Positions 53,195 through 64,000 are shown, counted from the first letter of the stretch. The stretch: 64,000 bases of DNA from Trichosphaerium sp. ATCC 40318 (GCA_038496445.1 JALMLS010000086.1:55535-119534); one strand, 5' to 3'. Translations and numbers: made by a program. The notes: generated by a model from the letters alone, not told the origin.

Positions 53195-53611
53195 GGTGCA
53201 GAAATGCCAAAGGCATTTTTGTGCTTGAATTAATATGGCTTCATCCTATACTATGCTGCATTAAATACACACATAAAATTATGCTAGAATTGTGTTGACA
53301 TTGTGTATTTTTTTCCTTACAAGTTTACAATTGACTACTATTGAGCTAGGGTTAGGGCTAGGGTTGAGTTGACATAACATTTTTTTTTTTTACAAGTTAC
53401 ATTACTGATAATTATTTTATCCAAGGGCCATCACAGGTAGGTGTGAAAATGTTAAAGACATTTTCATATTAGAATCAATCAATAATTTCATTTTATGCTA
53501 TATTGTATTAAAACCATGCATAAAATTACATTAGAGTTGTGTTGACATTGTGTATTTTTTTCCTTACAAGTTTATAATTGACTACTATTGAGCTAGGGTT
53601 AGGACTAGGGT
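53180..53611 (+). repeat. Two diverged direct repeats of about 185 bp (53180-53364 and 53425-53611) ending in CTAGGGTTAGG(G/A)CTAGGGT
   Basis: Manual alignment; the 3' ~70 bp are nearly identical and the 5' part differs mainly by transitions. Confidence 0.9.
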
Positions 53612-54658
53612 ACTACTACAGAGGTGTCAAATGTTTTAGCAGATTCTGACTCTTGAGAATACCTTTTGAAAAAATAGAATACTTTTTGTTATGTAAAACA
53701 CCGCCGCGATGTTGGTAGAAGCAACTAGATTTGTGTCGGTGGCATACATGCTGAGATAGCCATTTTTGGGGCCTTTTTTTTGCTTTTGGCAGCCAAAATC
53801 CAGCTGATTTTCATTCGATAGAAGTTTGTATGGGGGCCTTGATTATAATAATGCCTATGTCAACCTTAAATATGCATTTGTATGTAATTTTAATCATAGA
53901 TTATGATGCAACAAACGATATTGCCATATGTGCTCACCATGTAAAGTTATTAATACATATGTTGTTTTCATCTTTTCTTACAACACGTTTTTGCATGTAG
54001 TCACGACCATGTGCATTATGAAAAGGGCGCTAATTTTGCGTGCGGTCGTAATATTTAGCGTATATCATGGTACAAACGTGTATTTTGGTGGGTGGCATAT
54101 ATGCGATTCAAAATTGGCGAATTGTGAAAATTGAAAATATTTTTTTGATTTTGGATGCTCACCACTATACCCCAAGATACTTTTTGTCCCAAAATTCATA
54201 TTGCCCAATTTAGATTTATGCATGAAAGTATGGCAAGCAAGATGATATAAGAATTTTTTACCTACATGCCATAATAGATTTTTGGAATTTTTTGGGATTT
54301 GGCCTGAAATATGTTGGCTATTTTTACTTATGGCGGTAGCTGTATGGCATAGCCCTAATTTAGGCCAATTTTGCAAGCTAATCCCAAATCTTCGTGTGAT
54401 TTCAAAAATATAAAATATATATTGTTCGGCGAAATAATTGGATTTGCAGGCATTGATACTTGGTTGCTAAGAAATGCCAAAAATGCTGATTTTTTCAACA
54501 TGTTCTCCAACCCCCCCTTGCTCCTCCGCTATACCATATGCCTTGTTATATGCTTACCACATGATTATTAAGCCATATTTACATGGTAATAAAACTCACA
54601 ATGTGATTCAGCATAGTGATAGAAATTAAATATTTTTTGCCATTTTATGACTTACCCA

Positions 54659-54700
54659 TTAGGGTTGGATTGATTACTAGGGTTAGGGTTAGGGTTTAGG
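54659..54700 (+). repeat. Interstitial (TTAGGG)n tract at the right edge of the island
   Basis: ttagggtt...ctagggttagggttagggtttagg. Confidence 0.9.
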
Positions 54701-54777
54701 AGTATGTACCAACCGTATTTTTTTGTACACTACTCTACCCTGTTGTAAAAATTTTTTCGATTTTTTTGGCTTTTTTT

Positions 54778-55616
54778 CTATGTTTTTGCACGTTTTTTTT
54801 GATCGTCCTTAAAGCTTCCATTTGTCGTTACGATATGTCCAACTGTGCTAGGTACATCGTCCCCTTTCCAGGTATGTTAGGTTAAAATTACTTTACATGG
54901 TACTTGCCTATGCGCTCGTCGGTTTTGGTGAAAGTAGAATAGTCATACTGTGCTTGTATTTCATCATCTTGTGTTTGAGTCTGTACAATCTCAGCTTTTT
55001 TTACCCGTTTGTTGTGTCCTCTGCCACGTTTTTTACCACATGATCTAGGCGTTGTTGGCATCTTACTGATTATTTTGTTATAGGCCTACGCTAGTAGTCG
55101 CTGAAGACTATCATCGTCGTCATCTGTTGTAGCTGAAAGCCGTTCTGTGTCATGGATTATTTTGCGTTTTTGGCCAACGTCACTTGTTTGACCTATGCGC
55201 CCTTCTTGCGGTTGCTGCCGTTGCTCTGCTGTATCTTTTTGTTTGACACGCAGATTTTGCTTGAATTCTTCTATTACATCTCTTTGACGCTTAGGCACTA
55301 ACATAGGAAGCGATATTAACGGTTTTTGCGTGTGTTCCTGTTAAAAGGTGAAACTAAGCATGAATAAGCTACTCACTGTCTTGGTAATCGTTGTTTGACG
55401 CTCCTCAAATGATCCGTAGCTACAACTCTTCATTTGCCATCTTACAGCACATTTATGAATAAACAAGCGAAACATGGCATTTAGAGGAGGGAAAACTAAG
55501 TTTGATGCGCTTGAAGAAACAAACAAAGCCATTTCATTGTCCGTTGTAATCAGAAATCTGCTAAAGTACTCAGATTTAACACCGTTGAGTACGGTCGCAT
55601 CGGTAGTTAACTCCAT
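54778..55616 (-). CDS. Hypothetical basic/low-complexity protein with an in-frame TAG at 55086-55088 (possible pseudogene)
   Basis: MELTTDATVLNG... spliced to EHTQKPLISLPMLVPKRQ...LQRLLA*AYNKIISKMPTTPRSCGKKRGRG; the frame stays open after the TAG and splices to a plausible last exon ending KKRAKT*. Confidence 0.5.
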
Positions 55617-55711
55617 TTCGTTTTGTGGCAAAAGCTGAAAAAGTTGAAATTTCTGTTTCAGAGCAAATACAACTTCTCCTGAAAGCTACGGGTCCTTAAA
55701 AATCGCGTAAA

Positions 55712-58700
55712 ATGCGCTTGCTGAAGCTTCTCCCGTGCTTTATTGTGGCTGTCTTACTTATTACAGGCAAGTATTCGTCCACTCTGGGTTACGAACTGTC
55801 TTACGTGTTTTAGCGGCCCATGCATCCCTTTTCCAGGCTGCTGATACATCCCTTAAAATATGCACCAAACCCGTAGTGTACAATAGCTATCTAGTAGTGG
55901 CAGCGTTATTAATCCTTATAGATACAATAACAAAGTAGTTTGTTCTGCGCAAAAAGTAAATCCAAACGCGGCATTGTGGGACTTTGATCTTACAGCTGGC
56001 AACGAATTAAACGCTGTAACTTTTGATTCAAAAGTAGAGTGGTACAAAAGAGCTTTTTTCTAAAACAAAAAAGAACAAAGCCAAGAAAAGTATCTAATTC
56101 CTCATAGGAAAGGCAAGCTGTATTTTCACGAGCCACCTCCACCAGTTTGTGGTACCACACCTGCTACTGTGTTTAACGTTGATACCTCTGGGAGTACGTT
56201 TAGAACCTTACTACCTTTCAACTAAAAAAGGAGTACTCACATTAAAAAAAAAAACCACCAAATGACACCCTTGTTATTATAGCTGTAACGACGGATGTTG
56301 CAAATTCTCTCGATGCTATTTTTGAAATGGTTGAGCTTAACAACGCTCTGTACTTAAGTGCAAGATTTCAGCTTACTGAATGCAGAAATGAAATTTGGAG
56401 GCTAAATGACGCAGGCTTATTTGATGGACCATGGGCTGTGGTTAATAACAACGGTAAGTTTTGTTATAACAGTTTATTTATACATTACTATACACTACAA
56501 TAGCGCGTTGTGTTCGTTGAAATGCTAATACTTACATTCATAGTGGCGGCTGGAATTAAAAACTTTGTTGTATTCCAAGACAACCTATTTTTTCAACAAA
56601 TTGTTGATGATACGACTTGGGGTGGCTTCTTAGGAGAGGAATTAGTCCAAATGAGCCCTGGGGATCCTGATCCTTTTGTTCAGAACGTATTTGGTACGTC
56701 GACATATTGGTGTAGGCTACAAGCGTTAATTTATTTTTGTAGATATTAATTCTGGTCCAGCCGGAAGTCGGCCATTCAACTTTGTACCAGTAAATTCCAG
56801 GCTGTATTTTATGGGATTTTTGGGCTCTTCACCACATATGTTTTTTTTTGAGGGGGATAATTATCAGACAGTACTTGAAATACAAGCAGGTAAGTGCAAT
56901 TTTTAAAGTTGTTTATTTGCAATTTATTTTGCTTACAATTCCCAAACCAGATTCTGTGGAATCTGAGATGGTTCTTGATCCTACGAAGACTTTATTATTT
57001 TTTATTGCTCTTCAGCAACCCAGTGGTAATAACCTTGTTTATGTTCTTGATACAAGTGGTACTCCTGTAAGGCTCACGCTTTGTTGAACTTTTTTTTCTT
57101 CTTTTTTTCCATTAAACGCTAGATACTAATTAACGCTTTTTTAAGTTCATTACAGTATTAAGAGTAAAGGATAATACAAACTACGTTGCACATACTATTA
57201 CTAATATAGTGAGTACTCCTGGCTCAGAAAGAACTTATTTCGTACGTCATACTTGAGTTCCTTTCAAATCACTTAACTATAAACCTAGTGTCTGGAAGAT
57301 TTAGATGATAATAAATACTATCTGTATTACTACGATTTCTCATCTGACCTCAAAATTGATCGTGTTACACCATTTGTGGAGCCACCAGTTTCGGCTATTG
57401 AATATCAGAGTAAGAGTATTATTAATGAGATTGCGTTTGTTGATGTAGTAATTTTAGGTCTAATATTGTACAGTGTAACAGACCAACCAGGTGTAGACCC
57501 AGTTTTTTGGGTATTTGATCCATTTGATACTCTCCCACCTACAGCCGCACCAACGACGTTGCCACCAACTACGCTGGCACCCACTACGCTACCGCCCACA
57601 ACACTACCACCAACAACGCTGCCACCAACAACACTGCCACCTACAACGCTGCCACCTACAACACTGCCACCAACAACGTTGCCACCTACAACACTGCCAC
57701 CAACAACACTGCCACCTACAACGCTGCCACCTACAACGCTGCCACCTACAACGTTGCCACCTACAACACTGCCGCCAACAACGCTGCCACCTACAACCCT
57801 ACCACCAACTACTTCACCTCCAACGCTCCCTCCAACAACTATACCTACAACAGCGACTCCAACCACTCTCCCACCTACAACAGATGCTCCAACAACGGCA
57901 GCACCTACGACAGTTGCGCCAACTACCCAGTCACCTACCACAGAGCCACCAACGACTCGACCTCCCACAACTGTACCACCTACAACAGCGGCGCCATCCA
58001 CGCTGCCACCCACCACAGAACCTCCGACAGAGGTACCAACATCGCCCCCAATGGAGGCACCTACACCGGGAGGGCAAGCTTCATTTGCAGCAGTATGTCC
58101 AATAGATCCTAGTTGGGATGAAGGCAATTGTTCAGTTACTTGCCAACCATTAGAATCGTAAGCACATCGCATATTTGCATATTTTATTTATACATTGTTA
58201 AGGTGTACTGTTCAACAACAACAAGTTGTCGTAGAATCAGAATTATCCCTGAGTTCTACTATTGTCATAGAAGGTAATCTAGTATTCCGCGGAGGTTTCA
58301 TAAAGATTGAATTCGATGCAGACGATGACGACTTTACTGCTGAAACAAAACGGCAACAAACTAATACTGTTGCGCCTATTCAAACCCTCGATAGAGGGTA
58401 CGCTATAGTCACAGGATGTATTGTTCCTGGCACTGTACGTTACATCATAAACCTCCATCTGTTTAAGTAGAATGTCTGATGTTTGACGTAGGGTGGTTTT
58501 GATGTTGATGCAAGTGAAGAAGAGTTAGCATCAAGAAAAGTAGTACATTTAGCAGAATTTAAAGACAAGGGTTGTCCTCCACTAGAAACAGAAAATATTG
58601 CTGTAACCATCAATAATCTACCTGATAGCAGATCCTCAAATCTATTTGAAGAACGTACGAAGATCATAGAACAATATATTTTTTTTGAAGATAAAAACTA

Positions 58701-58873
58701 ATCATTTCAAATCAGGTGGAAGGGTTTTTGTGGTATTGTCTGAAAAGAAGGAGGAAACTAAAGAAAATGAAATCCCGTTATGGGCTTTTATTCTTATTGG
58801 TGCTTTAGGTTGCATTATACTATTTGCAATCATTGTAGGTATAATTATATACTTGCGTAAGAAAAACGATTGA
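55712..58873 (+). CDS. Type I surface protein: signal peptide, ELWxxDGT-like beta-propeller repeats, (TTLPP)n mucin stalk, Cys-containing domain, C-terminal TM
   Basis: MRLLKLLPCFIVAVLLIT; MVELNNALYLSA...NEIWRLND; DINSGPAGSRPFNFVPVNSRLYF; TM IPLWAFILIGALGCIILFAIIVGIIIYL followed by RKKND*. Confidence 0.85.
57553..57807 (+). repeat. 15-bp coding minisatellite, 17 units encoding TTLPP
   Basis: ACAAC(A/G)(C/T)TGCCACC(A/T) units in tandem. Confidence 0.95.
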
Positions 58874-59315
58874 AGAGAAATTCCAAAATGTGTTTTAAGG
58901 CGTGTTAAGTACCAGTACGTCAAAAATCGTTTTTATAAACAAAGAGAAATACTGTACCTATGTACCCCAATTTTAAAAGTGCAATGTAAAATAAATTAAA
59001 ACTAAGTTCAGAAAATATAACGCTTCGGTTTTTTTCAAATTGGGTTTCTGATGTGTGATCTATCTTTGTCTTGTTTTTTCTTTTTGTTTTTAGTAGTTTT
59101 GAGGTAGACTGCATCACAAATTGGAAGCATTTGTGGAAATTTAAGGGAGACAATTTCTTACTACGATGCTTCACACTTTATATTTAGCTAGTTAGTCCAT
59201 CGCCGGGGCGTTAGCGAGTAGGTACAATATAGTTATACTATTCAGAGTTTCCTTTTTAGGTTGCTTTGAAACGCGGTACTACACTAAATACAACAGGAGG
59301 CTCAAAAACGTAATT

Positions 59316-60800
59316 ATGGGCGGCGTAATTGGTGTTTGTGGACCAACGAATGTAAGGACGCCAGAATCGAAGGCAATAGACGCTCAGCTAAAGAAAGACA
59401 ACAAGCTACATAATACTACTAGTAGGGTTCTAGTACTGGGCGCTGCAGGCTCTGGAAAGTCTACAATTATAAAGCAAGTTGTTTCTATGCACGGCGGTTT
59501 CTCACAATCAGATGTGGGGACATACAAGGATATAATACGTACCAATATTGTTGCGGGGTTCAAACGATTACTGGCAGAAGCAAAAAAGATGGAGTTAAAA
59601 GTAGTTCATAAACGAAAGGAAGCTATGGTAGCAGTTCTTGATGCAAAATTGTATGGTACGCATAATTATTCCGCTTTGGTTTTCAAAAGGCGTTTTGATC
59701 ATAGATTGGGTGTTTATGATATATGGCTTGCTCCGCTATTATACCGCTCGCTGTAGATACACATCGCACAGCGAAGATCTTTTTTGATCGCTCTACAAGT
59801 TTTGTTTAATTGGTTTTTCGCAAATCGAATTGAAACAAGTTTAAATTGTTTGTGATTGATTTAAGAGCGTAGGTGTTCTGTAGTTTTAATGTTTTATTGT
59901 AGGCGGTTTGACAGAAACAGATATTCGCTCGTGCAAAGCATTGTGGGAGGATCCAGTTATAAATAGAGTATTTCAAGCTTGTAGAGCTCAGAGCTTAGAA
60001 ACTCAGAACTTACAGTACTTTTTGGACACCGTTATCGATAAAATGCTTTCTGACTATGCTGCATGGACACCAAATGATGAAGATATTGTGAGAGCGCGTC
60101 AAAGAACAAGTGGTATCAATACTACCGGGTTTAAACATATTGGTCGGTATTGGTTAATGGTTGATGTTGGAGGTCAGAAAAACGAGCGTAGAAAGTGGAT
60201 TCACGCGTACGTTGTTTCTTTTGACGGATAATTTTTTTGAACTTTCTTTCGAGAGTCACCCAAACCCTGATCCTTACGCAGTAGTGGGTTAAAATGGCGT
60301 ATAGCATATTGTTTTAATCAACCTTTTTTGCGTTAATCGCTTGTTTTGGAATGCTGTCTAAAAACTCTTTTCTCAGGTTCGAAAATACGCATACGATCAT
60401 GTTTACAACCGCTACAAACGAATGGAATATCCCTTGTGATGAAGTTGCCGGAAATACAAAAATGGCGACTTCAATTCAGATTTGGGACGAAAACATCAAC
60501 TCGCACTATCTTCAAGACGCTGTTGTAGTACTATTCTTAAATAAGATAGATCTATTGGAACAAACACTTAAAAAAGGGAAATTCAAAGAGACCTATCCAG
60601 ACTTTGAAGGCGAGCAGACTATGAAGACTGTGCTTGAGTACATAAAAAACAAATATCTTGAACTTGTATTGCCTGCAAGAGGAGAAAAGCGGGAAGTTAT
60701 TGTTCATAATGTAAGCGCTATCAACAAGTCACAGATTATCAGTGTGTTGCATGAAGTACTATACGCTGTACTTAATTCTTGTGGTGGACTTTTATTGTAG
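59316..60800 (+). CDS. Heterotrimeric G-protein alpha subunit, multi-exon
   Basis: N-terminal MG (myristoylation-type); LVLGAAGSGKST (G1), RARQRTSG (G2), DVGGQKNERRKWIH (G3), LFLNKID (G4), VSAI (G5). Confidence 0.95.
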
Positions 60801-61420
60801 CAAAACTGCTCCAAAGTCTACCGAAAAACAACTTCCAAAAGGAAGAAAGTCTTGTACAATAAAAACTGTATCTTAGCAACAAATTCATGGTTGTTGACTA
60901 TCGGGCAAAAAAGATAGCGCTACTTCTTTATTTGGTAGTATTCAGGTGAATGTTTCTCTAGCCTTCGGACTAGATAGATAAGCAAAAACTGGAATAACAG
61001 ATATTTGAAAAAAAAAGACACCACACGACACAATTAGTTTAGGCCTGTTACAAAACTGGTTCAATAACGCCTCTAAGTGAGTTTTGTTGTATCTTATCAA
61101 GTGACACCTGTGTATCTTGACCGTGCCAAACTTTGTAGGCAAGACATTCGTGCAAGGAAACTGTTCTAACCACAACATGTACTAACTGTTTTTAAATCAA
61201 ATACCCATCGACTATGCAGCCTCTTTAGTAATGTCAGGACAATTTCGTAGTACAACACGTTTTAGATTTTAAGTTTCTAGCTATCATTTGTTTTTCAGGA
61301 AATTGTACACTTGTACTATCCTTTTGGACAGAGAATAAGCAAATTCTTGCTGTGTTTATTCTATAATTACTTGACATTGCTTGTTGCTACTCCTATTCAC
61401 GTACCTTCCACTCTACAAAA

Positions 61421-62056
61421 TTATACTATGAATAGCTCACCGCCCTGAGTCCACTTCTTGAACACTCCTCTAGGTTTTCCATTGATAAAATTTGACACTC
61501 CAAGTAATTGTCCATTTTTATACCACTCCTTCTTCTCTCCGTGTATCTCGCCATTAATATATTGACACTGCTCCCATAATTGACCATTAGCGTGCCACAT
61601 TGTGTAGTCTCCTTCAAGCTCGCCATTAGAGTATTGACATTGCTTCTGCAATTTACCATTGCTATGCCACAGCTGATACTCTCCGTGTAGTTTATTGTTT
61701 TTGTAACTACACTTGATACTCAGTTTACCGTTTAAGAACCATCCCTTTTTCTCTCCTTCTTTCTTGCCATTGACAAGTTGATACTGCTCAAGCAATTTAC
61801 CATTAGTAAACCACTTCTTGCAGTCACCTTCAAGCGAACCATGTACAAAAGTATATTGTGTTTTTTCAAATATCAAAAATGCTTCTTCATATTTCATCCA
61901 TTTCCCGTGCTTATTTAATTCACTATCAAACCTTGTAGTTGTTGCCGTTTGTTTAGATAAAATAGGCCATTTTTTGTACACTTCAAAGTCTAAGCGTATA
62001 ATTTCAAACTGTAGCTCTAATGGAAGCAACAATAAAGTGTAGCGAGCTTGTTCCAT
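61421..62056 (-). CDS. Intronless F-box-like + MORN_2 repeat protein (211 aa); paralogue of 9380-10303
   Basis: LLLPLELQFEIIRLDFEVYKKWPILSKQTATTTRFDSELNKHGKW followed by 24-aa MORN_2 repeats. Confidence 0.9.
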   Translation of the reverse strand: MEQARYTLLLLPLELQFEIIRLDFEVYKKWPILSKQTATTTRFDSELNKHGKWMKYEEAFLIFEKTQYTFVHGSLEGDCKKWFTNGKLLEQYQLVNGKKEGEKKGWFLNGKLSIKCSYKNNKLHGEYQLWHSNGKLQKQCQYSNGELEGDYTMWHANGQLWEQCQYINGEIHGEKKEWYKNGQLLGVSNFINGKPRGVFKKWTQGGELFIV

Positions 62057-62350
62057 GTCACTTCCCTTGTGTACCTGATTGTTTTGAAGAAACTTGAAGA
62101 CTTTTCGAAAAAAAAGAGTTTTTCCTTGATTAAGGCACTTCTCATGCTGAAAGGCTCAACAAGACGTTATGGTAGAGGCACGTTAATGCGTGGTAGCTCG
62201 AATAGATACAGCTTTTTTCTGACAAAGCTTCATGTGTGACAGATGGAGGTTAAAGCGCTTGGCAAGAGCGTTCAGAACTTGGCAAGAAAACAGGTCATTT
62301 AGAGACGTTTGAATCATCTGATGTTTTATTAAATCATGATCACAATTGAT

Positions 62351-64000
62351 TTAATTTTGCTGTTCGGCGTCTTTCTTCTGTGCAACCATGAGATCAGTAA
62401 CGAATTGGTTTGCAACACCAATTGTTTCATCAATATGCTGTTCAGTTACTGGTACACCAGCAGTGAATGCAAGAGATTGTGCTAGCCTGATTGTAGTACG
62501 GATTTGACGTCCGTTAATCTCATATTTGGCAAGGCGTTTAATGTCAAGTCCTTTAATGCTTGCTGTTTCTAATAGATTACCCCAAATCTTTTCACGTGCA
62601 GTTTCATCGAGGTTCTCGTATTTGAGGGCGACTGAAGAGTAAATCAGGGACTGAAAAAAAACAAGAGAAAGAACCTATTTTGCTTTTTTTGAAGAACAAA
62701 AAAAGGGAGCGTACCTGAAATACGTGAGTGGAAGGCTTCGTCGAATACTTTGACACGATTGGTTGTCAAGAAAAGTACACCTTGGTGATACTCAAGCAAA
62801 CGCAAGAAGATACCAACCTAAACAACAAGTAAGACATACGAACAAGAAAAAAAAGAAATAGTGAATCTGAAGAAAACCAAGATTATTGGCTGTGATTTTT
62901 TCCTTTTGTAAGATCTAAGAAACTTTACTTACCATAGCATTACGCATGATGGCATTCTCAGAACGCTTCTCAAGGAAGATATCTGCCTCATCTATAAGGA
63001 CGACAGCGTTCCAGATACTAGCCAATTCAAGAATTTGACGTAATTTCTCTTCGAGTTCCTTGGTGTTTGTACCAAGTTCACCAACACTAACAGAATACAA
63101 TGGCCTATGCAATAACTCTGCAATTGCCTCTGCAGTGAGGGTTTTACCTACACCTGGAGAACCATGGAGCAAGAAAATACAACCACCACCTTTTCCAGAG
63201 ATGATATCGGCAAACGACTAAACACAGATTTAGTGATTTGTAATGCAAGTTGGTGATATTTTTTGAAGAAAAAAATGGAAACTCTTTGCGTTCAGACGCG
63301 TGTGCAACGAACAAAATAAAGCGTTTGAGTTGCTGTTATGCACTGGTGCTGCTTTATGACGAAAAAAGCAAAATGAATACAGCACCCTACGTTCCCTGGT
63401 CCTCACGGACCCAAGTACTGGCAGGGCCATACCATGCTTATCTTCGCGGTTCGGAAAGAGACACGGAGTTTTCATGGTTGTATGGCCGTATCCAATTGTG
63501 AAGGAAAGATTTTTGAAACTGGTTTGGTCAAAAAAGTGCAAATAACCGAAAAATCAGGTTGTGACCACAAAAGCAACAAAAACCCAAAAAAAAAAGAGGT
63601 TGCAGAAGCGTATGCACTCTCCCGAGAGACATGAAGATTATGTGCGAAATGGTTCATGGGTACCTCGTGTGCGTTCTCTACTAGACTCTTGATCAATTGT
63701 TTCTTTTTTGGTGGGAAGACAAGCTTTTCGAAGGCTTTGTCGTCGTATTTAACAGGAAGCAAGTTCTCAACAACAATTTCACCCCATTTCTTGGCTGAAA
63801 AACTAAAACCACCAATGGTAGGCCAGGTCATGAACAAATGCTCCTCAGGAATGGACTAGAAGAGAAACATTTAGCGAAACAAATGAATGAACGAAAAAGC
63901 AAAAAAAATCAAAAAAAAATAAAAGTTTGTGAAGGAGTACGTACTGCCATTCTAGTACTCGAAGCAGGAGATGTAGAAAATGATCTATAATTTGGATTCA
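62351..64000 (-). CDS. AAA+ ATPase (fungal/protist GKG.G...LLHG.PGVGKT family); 5' part outside the window
   Basis: Walker A LHGSPGVGKTLTAE, Walker B VVLIDEADIFLE, FLRLLEYHQGVLFLTTNRV, FDEAFHSRI, NGRQIRT. Confidence 0.92.

Larger units (their letters stand above)
52450..54700. mobile_element. AT-rich, CpG-depleted repeat island with interstitial telomeric motifs; probable decayed mobile element(s)
   Basis: No credible ORF; internal duplications; TTAGGG/CTAGGG tracts; no CpG seen in 52454-53066 or 53172-53701. Terminal inverted repeats and target-site duplication not identified. Confidence 0.5.

Noticed and set aside
52942-54700. True chromosome end or telomere-telomere fusion
   Set aside because: Tracts are only 2-4 degenerate units with intact genes on both sides. 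Polarity (CCCTAA then TTAGGG) is the opposite of an end-to-end fusion.
55690-55940. Minus-strand frame interrupted only by TAA/TAG, suggesting TAR=Gln reassignment
   Set aside because: The stretch is antisense to the signal-peptide exons of the plus-strand gene at 55712. Conserved proteins end at the expected place with TAG (V-ATPase H, WEYL*) and TAA (ACP, HPHAK*), so the code is standard.
57405-58172. 255-aa minus-strand (GGSVV)n ORF and 196-aa Q/H/C-rich alternative-frame ORF
   Set aside because: Shadows of the TTLPP coding minisatellite.
1-64000. tRNA, rRNA or snRNA genes
   Set aside because: No cloverleaf, A/B-box pair or rRNA-like GC-rich segment recognised by eye; tRNAscan-SE or Infernal would be needed to exclude them.

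Overview
Gene-dense, AT-rich eukaryotic nuclear DNA with many short spliceosomal introns (about 40-300 nt; donors GTACGT/GTAAGT/GTATGT) and the standard genetic code. A TKL kinase fused to a C-terminal SH2 domain points to an amoebozoan protist (inference). Housekeeping genes: V-ATPase subunit H, mitochondrial acyl carrier protein, GRWD1/RRB1, an RXT3-like HDAC subunit, two metallophosphoesterases, a canonical G-alpha and an AAA+ ATPase. These are interleaved with accessory genes: seven F-box(-like) genes with MORN, NHL, LRR or ankyrin modules (four intronless), an inverted pair of secreted-protein paralogues, an intronless bacterial-like gene, a BBE-like FAD oxidase, a pseudo-G-alpha, an LD-motif/filamin protein and an ELWxxDGT-like mucin-stalked surface protein. 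The most unusual signals are non-coding. (1) A ~2.3 kb interstitial TTAGGG-bearing island (52.4-54.7 kb) is largely stripped of CpG, and its internal duplicates differ almost only by C>T/G>A changes at CpG and GpC, resembling methylation-driven or RIP-like repeat mutation. (2) The palindrome CACGTG is strongly over-represented, mostly in introns and intergenic DNA. (3) Several GC-AG introns have GCACGT(G) donors that contain this palindrome. Exon boundaries and all counts were made by eye and are approximate. No RNA genes or CRISPR arrays were seen.
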